A stretch of DNA of 64,000 bases from Patescibacteria group bacterium UBA2773 (GCA_002352465.1 DEIN01000003.1:88933-152932), one strand, 5' to 3'. Shown: positions 1-9,445, numbered from the stretch's first letter. The notes: generated from the sequence alone by a model not told the origin. Numbers and translations are program-made.

Positions 1-937
1 GATAAAGAATCTTAAAGATTAAAGCAGAGTCTCCAAATTCAATAAATTTTGCTCGACCAAAAATTGCGTCTTTTTCTGTTTTAACTATTTTTTCAATAAT
101 CCCTGGGATTTCTTTTAATTTCTTACTGCCCGTATTATAAGTAACACCCAAACGAAAACTAGATCTTCTTTTCTCTAATTTACTAAAATTTCGAACTCGA
201 GCTGAAGCAATATCGGTATTAGAAACAACCAACTCTTCTCCATTCAAAGTCGCAATCCGACTAGTTTTTATTCCCACTTTTTTAATAGTTCCTGATTCAG
301 TTCCGGCTTGAACATAATCTCCAACCTTAAAGGGTTGATCCAAAAAAATAGAAAAAGAAGCGAATAAGTCTCCTAAAATTCCCTGAAGAGCAAAAGCGAT
401 CGCGATACCACCAACTCCTAAACCAGCTACTAAAGAAGTGACATCTACTCCCAGATTAGAAAGAATCATCAAAAATCCGACCATCCACAAAACAACTTTG
501 ACAATTTGACTTAACAATTTTATCACTGCCTTTTTATTTTTAGCATCATCTTGACCTTCTATATTTTTTAATAATATTTTATTCAAAATATAATCAATAC
601 TCTTTTGAATAACTAAAATTGCCTGAAAAATCAAAACAACGATAAATAATCCAAAAATAATTCGGTGAATTAAGTCATTTAAACTCAAAGGATGAACTGC
701 TATGTAGAGAGCAACTAAAAGATAAAATGGCGGTTTAAGATCATTGATTACTTGAATCACAAAATCATCAACATCGTTTTTGGTTTTTTGAGATAAATGT
801 TTTAAACGAGCTAAAACAATAATTTTAAAAATTTTAAAAATCAACATTAATCCACCAAACCACAAAATAGCCTGAAAATAATCCCAACCGCTATTGCCGA
901 CTAATTGAAAATCTTTTAAATAATTTATAAGTTCCAT
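1..937 (-). CDS. Small-conductance mechanosensitive channel, MscS family (3' end runs off the window)
   Basis: The minus-strand reading frame starting at an ATG (complement of 935-937) translates as MELINYLKDFQLVGNSGWDYFQAILWFGGLMLIF... It has TM helices followed by 'GVDVTSLVAGLGVGGIAIAFALQGILGDLFASFSIFLDQPFKVGDYV', typical of the MscS pore helix and beta domain. Translated by hand; not in the supplied ORF track. Confidence 0.55.
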   Translation of the reverse strand, partial: MELINYLKDFQLVGNSGWDYFQAILWFGGLMLIFKIFKIIVLARLKHLSQKTKNDVDDFVIQVINDLKPPFYLLVALYIAVHPLSLNDLIHRIIFGLFIVVLIFQAILVIQKSIDYILNKILLKNIEGQDDAKNKKAVIKLLSQIVKVVLWMVGFLMILSNLGVDVTSLVAGLGVGGIAIAFALQGILGDLFASFSIFLDQPFKVGDYVQAGTESGTIKKVGIKTSRIATLNGEELVVSNTDIASARVRNFSKLEKRRSSFRLGVTYNTGSKKLKEIPGIIEKIVKTEKDAIFGRAKFIEFGDSALIFKILY

Positions 938-1228
938 CTTTTAAAGCTTATTTTTTAAAAAACACCTTCTCTATTGCCCTTTATTTTAAACTATTTTCAT
1001 TTATTTTCAACCCTCTTTCAAAAATATCTCCAACTCAAATAATCTTTTTATCATTTTATTAAACACACGCTATTGACTGGAACCTCTAAAAAGTCTATTA
1101 TAAGTTTATCTTTAAATTTTTTAACTGTGAAATAATACTTACAGTTAAATTTTGTTGCATTGAATTAATTCAATGTTTTAAAAATTGCAAAAGATACTCT
1201 TAATTTAAAAGAACTTAATTCAGCTTAT

Positions 1229-1699
1229 ATGAACCAGAAAATTATTGATTTTAACAAATCGCAGGTCAGAACTGACATCCCTGAAATTCGAACAGGAGAC
1301 GTTATTTGCGTTTATAAGAAGATTAAAGAAGGTGAAAAAGAACGAGTTCAAATGTTTAAAGGATTAGTAATTGCCATTAAGGGACGCCAGAGTTCTTCTC
1401 CAACCATTACCGTTCGAAAAGATTCTCAAGGGATTGGAGTCGAAATGGTTTTACCAATTTACCTTCCTTCCATTGAAAAAATAGAGGTCTTACGACACAG
1501 TAAAATTCGACAAGCCAAACTTTATTATATGCGAGAACGAGCTGGTCGATCAGCCAAGATGAAAATCAAAGATTTTTCCGAAAAAGAAAAAGCTGCTATG
1601 AAAGAAAAAAATAAGAAAGCTACTGCTCCAAAAGAAGTCAAACCAATCGAAGAAGCGATACCCAAAGATAAAGCTAAAAAAATTGAAGAAAAAAACTAA
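1229..1699 (+). CDS. rplS: 50S ribosomal protein L19 with a Lys/Glu-rich C-terminal extension
   Basis: ORF track 156 aa. The N-terminal ~115 aa match the L19 pattern (…RTGDVICVYKKIKEGEKERVQMFKGLVIAIKGR…), followed by a KEK-rich tail. Confidence 0.9.
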   Translation: MNQKIIDFNKSQVRTDIPEIRTGDVICVYKKIKEGEKERVQMFKGLVIAIKGRQSSSPTITVRKDSQGIGVEMVLPIYLPSIEKIEVLRHSKIRQAKLYYMRERAGRSAKMKIKDFSEKEKAAMKEKNKKATAPKEVKPIEEAIPKDKAKKIEEKN

Positions 1700-1717
1700 A
1701 TTCTTATAATACCCAAT

Positions 1718-1745
1718 AAACCGCTGACTCTTCAGCGGTTTTCTA
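1718..1745 (+). terminator. Rho-independent terminator after rplS
   Basis: Hairpin aaaccgctga-ctctt-cagcggttt followed by ttct. Confidence 0.55.
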
Positions 1746-2001
1746 ATAAAAAACTAGAAATATTCAACATTCAATAAACAACCCTCATTCAATATTTCAA
1801 CATTCAATAACTAAATATTAAAGAAGAAAAGACAAAATAATTTAAAGTTTTAGAGTTTGAATGTAATTTAATCCGTCTTTGCTGAAGCTACACCGAGAAA
1901 AAAATAATTTTGAGCAGTGAGTGAAATGTGCTTAATGGCACATTGAACGAATAGCGGAAAACTCGACAAAAAAGTACGCCAAATTCTAAAACGTAACTGA
2001 G

Positions 2002-2083
2002 GCCTCGATGGTGGAACTGGTATACACACACGGTTGAGGGCCGTGGCGTTTAACGCATGAGGGTTCAAATCCCTCTCGAGGCA
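2002..2083 (+). tRNA. tRNA-Leu (anticodon GAG), type II with long variable arm
   Basis: Acceptor stem GCCTCGA/TCGAGGC, discriminator A. Anticodon stem CACGG/CCGTG with loop TTGAGGG. Long variable arm. T-arm GAGGG-TTCAAAT-CCCTC. The 72-aa ORF 1868..2086(-) overlapping it is spurious. Confidence 0.8.
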
Positions 2084-2085
2084 CA

Positions 2086-2112
2086 AAAAAAATCCCCTGA
2101 GGGGATTTTTTA
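2086..2112 (+). terminator. Rho-independent terminator after tRNA-Leu
   Basis: aaaaaatcccc-tga-ggggatttttt hairpin with T-run. Confidence 0.7.
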
Positions 2113-2251
2113 ATTTTGAATTTCTAATTTTGAATAAATTTTTAATTACCTAATTATTTAATTTTCTAATTATAAAAATTTTATTTATAAATTGAAAAAT
2201 TAAATCATTCAAAATTGATTCAAAATTCAAAATTAGAAATTAAAAATTCGA

Positions 2252-3256
2252 TTACGCTCCTGCTCCCACTACCACTTTTTTCTCAATAATCACTTTTTTT
2301 TCAACTTCAATTTTCTTAATTTCTTTTTCTTTAACACCATCAATCATTTTCACCCACCAAATCAAAAGATCCATTTTCCAAAGAGCAAAAAAAGCGCTAA
2401 TTACTAATATACAACTAAAAAATATCGTAAAAGAAATAACCCCTAAAACGATAATAACACTTTCCATTAAAAAACCAAATCTAGTAATAAGTAAAAAATA
2501 AGAAGATAATCCTATAACTGCTATCAAAATAAAAATCACACTAATTATAGCTCCCTTAATCAAGCTAATGACAAAAGAAGTTAGACACAACTTAACAAGT
2601 TCTTTTATGTTATTTTTAATAATATTCCAGCTTTTTATGAAAGACTCTTTAATATCAAGATTCCCCAACAACAAAAGAACCTGCACAAAAAGTTTCAAAA
2701 TCGCCAAGCTTAATAAAATTAAACTTCCAACAAGAATGATCCCGCCAAGAATAAATCCAACCAATAATTTATTTTCAGCAAAATAAGCTAAAGCTATCGT
2801 TCCAGCAACAGCCAACAGAAAGGAAAAAACAATAGCTATTACAACCAAATCTAAATAAAATATTTTTTTAAATTTGCTTATACCAACTTCCCAGATTTTT
2901 TTAAAACCTAGAACATATTTTTTATTATTTTGTTTTTTATTTAGTTCTTCAATAACCCCGACTCTAGCAACAATTGAAATCAACCAAAAAATTATACCCA
3001 ACATCAAAGCGACCCCAACGGCCAACAATATCCATTGCCAATATTCAATAAAAAAATTATAGGCTTCTTCTTTGGATACTTGATTCTGTTTTCCCTTAGT
3101 TTGATTATGATTAAAACTCATCGCTCCAACAGAAATAAATATTCCCCAAAACCAGATTGATTTATTTTCCCAAATTCGCCAAAAACCAGCTTCGGCTGCT
3201 TCATAATATTTACTATTTTGAATTTTAGAAAAGAATCCTTGTTGATTGTTTTTCAT
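2252..3256 (-). CDS. Polytopic membrane protein of unknown function
   Basis: ORF track 334 aa with many hydrophobic segments and no recognisable catalytic motif. Confidence 0.45.
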   Translation of the reverse strand: MKNNQQGFFSKIQNSKYYEAAEAGFWRIWENKSIWFWGIFISVGAMSFNHNQTKGKQNQVSKEEAYNFFIEYWQWILLAVGVALMLGIIFWLISIVARVGVIEELNKKQNNKKYVLGFKKIWEVGISKFKKIFYLDLVVIAIVFSFLLAVAGTIALAYFAENKLLVGFILGGIILVGSLILLSLAILKLFVQVLLLLGNLDIKESFIKSWNIIKNNIKELVKLCLTSFVISLIKGAIISVIFILIAVIGLSSYFLLITRFGFLMESVIIVLGVISFTIFFSCILVISAFFALWKMDLLIWWVKMIDGVKEKEIKKIEVEKKVIIEKKVVVGAGA

Positions 3257-3272
3257 ATTTTTATATTTAAAT

Positions 3273-3656
3273 TTAAATCAAAATATTTTTAATTTCTTTT
3301 TTAAGCTCCTTTTTAAAACCAATCAAGTCAGCATATTTTTTTTGGACCATTTTTGAAACACCTTTTTCTCCGGCTCTTTTGTTATTAGCAATGGCATTAG
3401 AAATTGCAATTATTTTTTCAGGATTTATCCATCCTAAAATTGCTTGATGAAAATTTTTATTATCCAACGAATAATAATCCAGCAACACTAAATCAAATTC
3501 TTCAACTACAAAATTTTTCAAAAACTTCTCTGCTAATTCTCCTTCAGAAAAAATTGTCACCGCCATTTGACCCAATTCTGCTTCTAACTCATTCAAAACT
3601 TCCATTATCAATTTTAGAGCTTTTAAATTGTCTTCTAAAATCAGGATCTTAATCAT
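3273..3656 (-). CDS. Single-domain response-regulator receiver (CheY-like) protein
   Basis: 127 aa: MIKILILEDN…DLVLLDYY…IIAISNA…K has a receiver-domain acidic pocket and phospho-acceptor Asp pattern. No kinase is nearby. Confidence 0.5.
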   Translation of the reverse strand: MIKILILEDNLKALKLIMEVLNELEAELGQMAVTIFSEGELAEKFLKNFVVEEFDLVLLDYYSLDNKNFHQAILGWINPEKIIAISNAIANNKRAGEKGVSKMVQKKYADLIGFKKELKKEIKNILI

Positions 3657-3660
3657 TAAT

Positions 3661-4899
3661 TTAGTTTATAACTATTTTTCGAAAATCTTTTTTACCAACT
3701 TTCAAAATTTTACCGTCATACAATTCCTTACTCAAAATTAATACTCCTACGGATATTTTCTCTCCATCAATACTCACGCCACCTTGTTCAATTTTTCTTT
3801 TAGCGTCCGACTTGCTTTTAGCTAGACCGGCTGACACCATATAATTAATAACATTTTGATATGAATCAGTTGCATCTTCCCATGAAACAATACATTCTTC
3901 AATCTTTTCTGGTATTCCTTTTTTTGAAAAAGTATTCACAAAATCTTCTTGCGCTTTTTGTGCCCCTCCTTCTCCATGAAAAATTCTAGTAATTTCCAGA
4001 GCTAACCTCATTTTTAAGTCTCGAGGATTAACTTCTTCATTTTTCATTTGTTCTCTCATTCTTTCGATTTCGGCCAAAGGAACATCAGTTATCAATTCAA
4101 ATGTATTAGCAATAAATCCATCCGGCCAAGACATCACCGCTCCATAAATATTTTCTGGAGTTTGATCCAAGAAAACCGCGTTGCCTTCACTCTTACCCAT
4201 TTTTTTGCCAGTATCATCCGCTAAAATTTTCAGGGTTATCACAAACTTTTCTCGATTATTAATGGTTCTCTGTAAATCTCTCCCCCGCATCATATTAAAC
4301 ATTTGATCATTCCCACCAATTTCTAAGTCAACATCCATCGCCACTGAATCATAAGCCTGCGCCAAAGGATACAAAAATTCGTGAAGATAAATCGGCCTTT
4401 CTTCATCCATTCTTTTCTTGAACATATCCCGTTGAATCATCTGTTGAACCGTAAAATTTGAAGACAATTTAATTAAATCCCTGAAATTCATTTTGTCGCT
4501 CCATTCACTATTATATCGGACTTCAGCCGGATTTTCTCCTTCAAAATCCAAAAAAGCGCTGGCTTGTTTTTTGTAACCCTCGCAATTTTTTAAAATTTCT
4601 TCTCGAGTCAATTTTGGCCTGGTGGCTGATTTATCAGTCGGATCTCCAATCAAAGCGGTAAAATCTCCAATCAAAAAAATCACCTTGTGTCCCAATTTTT
4701 GAAATTCTCCAAGTTTTTTAATCGAAATAGCGTTTCCAATATGCAAAGACGGCGCTGTTGGATCAAACCCACAATAAAGCTTAATTTGCTTTTCAGACAT
4801 TAAAAGCTTTTTAAATTTTTCTTTTTCGTCCAAGACCTGTTCCACGCCCCTTGTCAAAACTCGCTCCACTAATTTTTCATCGGTTATGATTTTGCTCAT
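3661..4899 (-). CDS. tyrS: Tyrosine--tRNA ligase
   Basis: 412 aa with class I motifs HIGN (HIGH) and KMGKS (KMSKS), and a C-terminal S4-like domain. Confidence 0.9.
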   Translation of the reverse strand: MSKIITDEKLVERVLTRGVEQVLDEKEKFKKLLMSEKQIKLYCGFDPTAPSLHIGNAISIKKLGEFQKLGHKVIFLIGDFTALIGDPTDKSATRPKLTREEILKNCEGYKKQASAFLDFEGENPAEVRYNSEWSDKMNFRDLIKLSSNFTVQQMIQRDMFKKRMDEERPIYLHEFLYPLAQAYDSVAMDVDLEIGGNDQMFNMMRGRDLQRTINNREKFVITLKILADDTGKKMGKSEGNAVFLDQTPENIYGAVMSWPDGFIANTFELITDVPLAEIERMREQMKNEEVNPRDLKMRLALEITRIFHGEGGAQKAQEDFVNTFSKKGIPEKIEECIVSWEDATDSYQNVINYMVSAGLAKSKSDAKRKIEQGGVSIDGEKISVGVLILSKELYDGKILKVGKKDFRKIVIN

Positions 4900-4909
4900 T
4901 ATGAATTGT

Positions 4910-5413
4910 TTATTGTTTATTTTTGATTTTCAATGCTTCCCCAACGACCCTATTACTATTAATCGAATTATAAAATTTCAAATCTTTTACTTTTTCTATC
5001 TCAACCCATTCCGCTGAATCTTTATAATCTTTTTCTTCTTCACTAAAATTATCAACTGAAATTTTGCCACCAACTTTTTTGACCAAAAAATAAAAAACTG
5101 GCGCATTCCAATATTCATTTTTGTGTTTCTTCGAATGAGCTGGATGAAAGAAAAAAGTATCACAATAAACTATTTTTCCGACTTCAATCTTCAATCCAGT
5201 CTCCTCCTTGAATTCTCTTTTTAAAGTTTCCTCTAAAGTTTCCTGAACTTTTGCTCCTCCTCCCGGAAAATCATATCCATCCCACTGCTTTGACAATAAG
5301 ACTTTTCCGTCCTCAATTAAAACTCCATAAACCGACGGCCTAAAAATTAATTGTTCCGGTTTCACCTCTTTTTTATTTCCCCAAACATCATGACAAACAA
5401 TTTTCTTTATCAT
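4910..5413 (-). CDS. NUDIX hydrolase
   Basis: Nudix box GGGAKVQETLEETLKREFKEETGL (GX5EX7REUXEEXGU). Only 10 bp upstream of tyrS, so probably co-transcribed. Confidence 0.75.
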   Translation of the reverse strand: MIKKIVCHDVWGNKKEVKPEQLIFRPSVYGVLIEDGKVLLSKQWDGYDFPGGGAKVQETLEETLKREFKEETGLKIEVGKIVYCDTFFFHPAHSKKHKNEYWNAPVFYFLVKKVGGKISVDNFSEEEKDYKDSAEWVEIEKVKDLKFYNSINSNRVVGEALKIKNKQ

Positions 5414-5486
5414 TAATAAAAAAATTAAAATATTAAGTCATTCAAAATTGAATCAAAATTCAAAATTCAAAATTCAAAATTTTTCT

Positions 5487-7229
5487 CTACATCTTCTCTA
5501 GAGTTTCAATGCCTAATAAACCCAGTCCATTTTTCAAAATCTGACCCGTCGCCATCGCCAATACTAATCTCGACTTTTTTTGAACCTCATTTTCCGCTTT
5601 TTGAATCGAACAATTTTCATAAAATGAATTAAATTTCTGAGCCACTTCGTAAAGATAATTGCAAATAATATGCGGAGCAATTTCGATTCCAGCTCGCAAA
5701 ACCGTATCTGAATACATCAACAAAGCACTAGCTAATTGTTTTTCATGATCAGATTCAAATCTCAAATTATCGTCCCAACCCGAGACTGATCCACCTTTGG
5801 CAGATACTTTTTTTACTATCGAATTGATTCTAATGTATGAATACAAAATAAACGGTCCTGAAAATCCATTCAACTTAATAAATTCCTCCGGATTATAATT
5901 AATGTCCTTGTGAAACTCATGCGATAAAATCAAAAATTTTAATCCCGCTAAAGCTACCTTGTTAATTATTTCCTGTTTTTGTTCTGAAGAATAATCCTTA
6001 TCAATCGCAATTTTTTCTTTAGCTAATTGCATTGCTTCTGCAACAATATCAACGCACTTAATAGTTTTCCCCATTCTCGAGCTAGTCTTTTTTCCATTCA
6101 TCAAAAGCCAGCCAAATGGAACATGTTTGTATTTTCCTTCAAAATTTTTATCAATTTTTTCCAGTACTTTTATCACTGCTTTGAAATAATCTGTCTGTTC
6201 GACCGAAGTCGTCACAATTGCTAAATCCAAATCATATTCCGAAAACTTTTTAACTGCCAAGGCCAAATCCTTAGCTGAATAAGTTGGATTGCCTTCTTTA
6301 GTTAAAAACACCCAAGTATGTAAACCATCCTTTTTTCCTTTGTAAACAATCGCTCCCTGACTCTCCTCAAAAATTTTACCCTGATGTTGTTCTACGATTT
6401 TAATCGCATCTTGGTAGACTTCACTCTCTGGATATTGTCGATCATACTCAATTCCTAATTTCGCAAAAACCTCATTCTGATACTCGATGCTCCACTCTCT
6501 AATTTTTTGATACCATTGATAATTTTTATTATCCGTCTTGGCATAAATATCTTTATTAATCTTTCTAATTTCCGCTTCGGCTTGAGGATTATCCTTGAAG
6601 GCATTAGCTCCCTCAACATAAGCCTCATTAACAAATTCCATTTTCTTATCATTTTTCCAGTCCTCGAATTCACTCGGCAACTCTTTTTTTATCATCGCCC
6701 AAGTCGATTTAGCTACTTGCATCCCCACATCTCCAAAAAAATTAGCTCTTATCACTTCATACCCTAAAGCCTCAAACAATTTAACTACTGATAAACCAGA
6801 AACAGCACTTTTTAAATGACCGACTGTAATCGCTTTATGAGTATTCGGTTGTCCAAACTCCACCATCACTTTTTTCCCTTGCCCCAACTTAGAAAATCCA
6901 TATCGATCACCTTGTTTTAAAATATCAGCTAGAATTTTCTCATAAGCTTTTTGACTAAAATAGAAATTAATAAAACCCGGTTTGGCTACTTCTATTTTTT
7001 CGATCAAAGACTGCGCTACTGAATCAGTCGAAAGTTTTTCTTTAATTATTTCAGCTATTTCTAAAGGATTTTTCTTAACAATTCTCGCCAATTTCATCGC
7101 TACATTAGTTGAATAATCCCCAAATTTTTCTGGAGCCTTATTAATTTCAATTTCGCTTTTTTTCAAATCGTTTTTTTCCCAAAGATTATCAACAATCTTC
7201 AGAATTATTTTTCTAATTTGATCTTTCAT
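5487..7229 (-). CDS. argS: Arginine--tRNA ligase
   Basis: 580 aa, class I HIGH-type motif 'ITVGHLKS', ArgRS-like length and C-terminal anticodon-binding region. Confidence 0.88.
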   Translation of the reverse strand: MKDQIRKIILKIVDNLWEKNDLKKSEIEINKAPEKFGDYSTNVAMKLARIVKKNPLEIAEIIKEKLSTDSVAQSLIEKIEVAKPGFINFYFSQKAYEKILADILKQGDRYGFSKLGQGKKVMVEFGQPNTHKAITVGHLKSAVSGLSVVKLFEALGYEVIRANFFGDVGMQVAKSTWAMIKKELPSEFEDWKNDKKMEFVNEAYVEGANAFKDNPQAEAEIRKINKDIYAKTDNKNYQWYQKIREWSIEYQNEVFAKLGIEYDRQYPESEVYQDAIKIVEQHQGKIFEESQGAIVYKGKKDGLHTWVFLTKEGNPTYSAKDLALAVKKFSEYDLDLAIVTTSVEQTDYFKAVIKVLEKIDKNFEGKYKHVPFGWLLMNGKKTSSRMGKTIKCVDIVAEAMQLAKEKIAIDKDYSSEQKQEIINKVALAGLKFLILSHEFHKDINYNPEEFIKLNGFSGPFILYSYIRINSIVKKVSAKGGSVSGWDDNLRFESDHEKQLASALLMYSDTVLRAGIEIAPHIICNYLYEVAQKFNSFYENCSIQKAENEVQKKSRLVLAMATGQILKNGLGLLGIETLEKM

Positions 7230-7334
7230 TTAAAATTTTTAAGTTTATCCTTTAATCTCCTTCATTATACAAGCCCACCCTTAAAAAATCAAGCCAAGAC
7301 ATTGTTAAGTAATTAGTTACTTAACAACGAAACT

Positions 7335-7362
7335 ATTGACTAAACTCCAAAAACAACTAAAA
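7335..7362 (+). promoter_or_regulatory. Candidate sigma70-type promoter for tRNA-Asn
   Basis: TTGACT, 16-nt spacer, TAAAAT, about 45 nt upstream of the tRNA 5' end. Confidence 0.3.
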
Positions 7363-7407
7363 TATATGATGTTGAGAAGATGTTTAGTCTTCTTAATTAA
7401 TTTTTAT

Positions 7408-7480
7408 TCCCGGGTAGCTCAGTGGTAGAGCAATTGACTGTTAATCAATCGGTCGTCGGTTCGAATCCGACCCCGGGAGC
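7408..7480 (+). tRNA. tRNA-Asn (anticodon GTT)
   Basis: Acceptor TCCCGGG/CCCGGGA, discriminator G. D-arm GCTC-AGTGGTAGAGC. Anticodon loop CTGTTAA. T-arm GTCGG-TTCGAAT-CCGAC. Confidence 0.85.
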
Positions 7481-9084
7481 AGTATCGGATTTTGAGCAAA
7501 AAGAACCTTAATTTTTGCCTTATCCAAGCCACTTTTAACAGGTTCGAAGCTATCATAAATAGCTCTTACCTCTGGAACCGCTTCTTTTACTTTTAAGAGC
7601 GGTTTTTGTGCTTTAACAAAGAGTTTTCTGTCTTTTAACAAGAGGTTCGAATCTAGTGCAACCAATATCTCTTTCTTAATTTGCAAATTCCCCGTTTCGA
7701 ATCTGAATCTTGCATTTTCAGCAAATCCTAACAACAGAGAAACTTCTTCTAACCAATCGTCAATCCCCTTGTCACAATCATTTAACTTCTTTTTTATCTC
7801 CTTCTTCTCTCTTTTAAGTTCAAATTTCTTATTTTTAAACTCTTTCTCGTCGATTTCTTCATTGGCTCGCATATCAATTAAATTATCGATTCTCTTAATA
7901 CACGATTGATATTGTTTTTGATGATTTAAAATTATTCTATTCCTATCCCGTGATTCATTTTTATTCTCATCTCTTATCCAATCAAAAGCCCACTCCTTAA
8001 AAGTTTCTGGGACTTCTATTCCCTTCAAAACCTCCGCTATTTGTTTTTCAAGCTCTTTTTTCTCAATGGAAAGTTGAGAACATTTTTTACCGTCTTCAGT
8101 TCTTTTTTGTTTAGTGCAGTGATAATAAGTATAATTGTGTATATTCCCGTTTTTTTGATGTTTAACCTTATCTTCAGCAGTTATTAAAGCTCCACACTCG
8201 CCACAACGAATTAAACCAGTAAAAGCAAACTCGTGAGTTCTTGGTCTTGGTTTCGCTTTTTTGCCTAAAAATAACTGGATTCTATCATATTCATCCTTAG
8301 TTATCATTGGCTCGTGTTTGCCGATATACCAATTCCCGCTGTTTTTTGGATACTCAAACTCACCACAATAAAATGGATTAGAAAATAAATCATAAATCGT
8401 GCTTCTAGCAATTGGCTTTCCTTTAACATTCCTAAACTTCCATTTATTAGTTGCTATTTCTAAAATTTTAGGTGGTGTATAAGCCCCTGAAATCATTAAA
8501 TCAAACATTTTTCTAACCAATTCAAACCTTTCAGGGTCTTTCACAATTATTTTCATCCCTTTATTTTTATCAGGAGTATTTAAATAACCCAAACGAGCAG
8601 GAGCAGGATACCAACCAAGCTCTGCTTTATTTCTCAAGCCCCTTTGAGTATCAACACTTAAATCTTTGATGAATTGATTAGCCATTCCAAGTTCAACCGC
8701 CATAACAATAACATTATCAGTCGGATAATAGCTTCTTCCAAAAGTTTGAATATGTTGAATTACTCCTTGTTGAATCATCCAACTAACCTCTCCTCCGTCA
8801 ATTGGGTTTCTGGCTAACCGATTCAATTTCCAACAAATAATTCCTTGAGCCTCTCCCTTTTTAATCCTAGCCGTCATTTCATTGAAAACTTCTCTCCCAG
8901 GAGCTTTGGCAGATTTTGATTCAGAAAAAATTTTAACTATTTCAAATTTTTCTTGTTTAGCTATTTTTTCTAATTCTTTGATTTGAGATTCAATTGAAGC
9001 CATTTGCCTGTCTTCACTCTCGGAAGATTTTCTAGCATAAAGAAAGTATTTGATTTTTTCATCTTTGTTATTATGTCTATTCAT
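7441..9084 (-). CDS. Large serine recombinase (integrase)
   Basis: 547 aa. N-terminal resolvase-type catalytic motif 'YARKSSESEDRQ…SIESQ', a recombinase domain, Cys-rich zinc ribbon (CGECGALI…HCTK) and a coiled coil. The last ~13 codons are the antisense of the tRNA-Asn 3' half. Confidence 0.85.
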   Translation of the reverse strand: MNRHNNKDEKIKYFLYARKSSESEDRQMASIESQIKELEKIAKQEKFEIVKIFSESKSAKAPGREVFNEMTARIKKGEAQGIICWKLNRLARNPIDGGEVSWMIQQGVIQHIQTFGRSYYPTDNVIVMAVELGMANQFIKDLSVDTQRGLRNKAELGWYPAPARLGYLNTPDKNKGMKIIVKDPERFELVRKMFDLMISGAYTPPKILEIATNKWKFRNVKGKPIARSTIYDLFSNPFYCGEFEYPKNSGNWYIGKHEPMITKDEYDRIQLFLGKKAKPRPRTHEFAFTGLIRCGECGALITAEDKVKHQKNGNIHNYTYYHCTKQKRTEDGKKCSQLSIEKKELEKQIAEVLKGIEVPETFKEWAFDWIRDENKNESRDRNRIILNHQKQYQSCIKRIDNLIDMRANEEIDEKEFKNKKFELKREKKEIKKKLNDCDKGIDDWLEEVSLLLGFAENARFRFETGNLQIKKEILVALDSNLLLKDRKLFVKAQKPLLKVKEAVPEVRAIYDSFEPVKSGLDKAKIKVLFAQNPILLPGSDSNRRPID

Positions 9085-9211
9085 AACTTTAAAATAAAAC
9101 TAAAAGGACGGTTCTAGTCAATCCAACGCATTCGCTGAGAATTTGTCGGTAGAACCGCCCATTTAGTGGGACAAAAATACCTCAGTGAATATAAATTGTT
9201 GGATTGACAAT

Positions 9212-9433
9212 TCAATTTTTACTCATTTTCCTCAAATCGTCAACTCTCTGCTCTTTTTTCCATTCTAAAAAACTATTATATTCTTCAATACTTTTGAAAG
9301 ACTTATAAGCCAATTTCATTAAATTAAGAAAACTAACCGCTCTTTCAAAAGCTTCTTTCTTGCTTATCTTTTCACCAAATTCCTTTAGATAAAGCATTCT
9401 GAACTCTTCAATTTTTTCTTCGGTTAGCTTCAT
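9212..9433 (-). CDS. Small hypothetical protein (73 aa)
   Basis: ORF track, next to the recombinase. No recognisable motif. Confidence 0.3.
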   Translation of the reverse strand: MKLTEEKIEEFRMLYLKEFGEKISKKEAFERAVSFLNLMKLAYKSFKSIEEYNSFLEWKKEQRVDDLRKMSKN

Positions 9434-9445
9434 AATTAAAAAATT

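Noticed and set aside
1868-2086. 72-aa minus-strand ORF from the six-frame track
   Set aside because: It lies antisense across tRNA-Leu and its terminator. Its translation has no protein-like features and is explained by the tRNA.
2568-3062. Plus-strand ORFs 2568-2786 and 2874-3062
   Set aside because: Antisense inside the 334-aa membrane-protein gene. Low-complexity translations typical of AT-rich antisense frames.
5436-5486. Tandem heptamer (TTCAAAA)n array, considered as a possible CRISPR or minisatellite
   Set aside because: Unit too short (7 nt), no spacers and no cas genes. Treated as a simple AT-rich tandem repeat or part of the recurrent intergenic motif.
6027-6767. ORFs 6027-6224(+), 6455-6673(-) and 6507-6767(+) inside argS
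   Set aside because: Alternative frames or antisense of a well-supported aminoacyl-tRNA synthetase gene. Spurious.
7230-7407. Possible T-box leader upstream of argS (and of tyrS)
   Set aside because: No conserved T-box sequence (AATTAGGGTGGNACCGCG) or specifier/antiterminator arrangement was found. tyrS has only a 10-bp gap from the upstream NUDIX gene. The palindrome gttaagtaattagttacttaac is present but not T-box-like.
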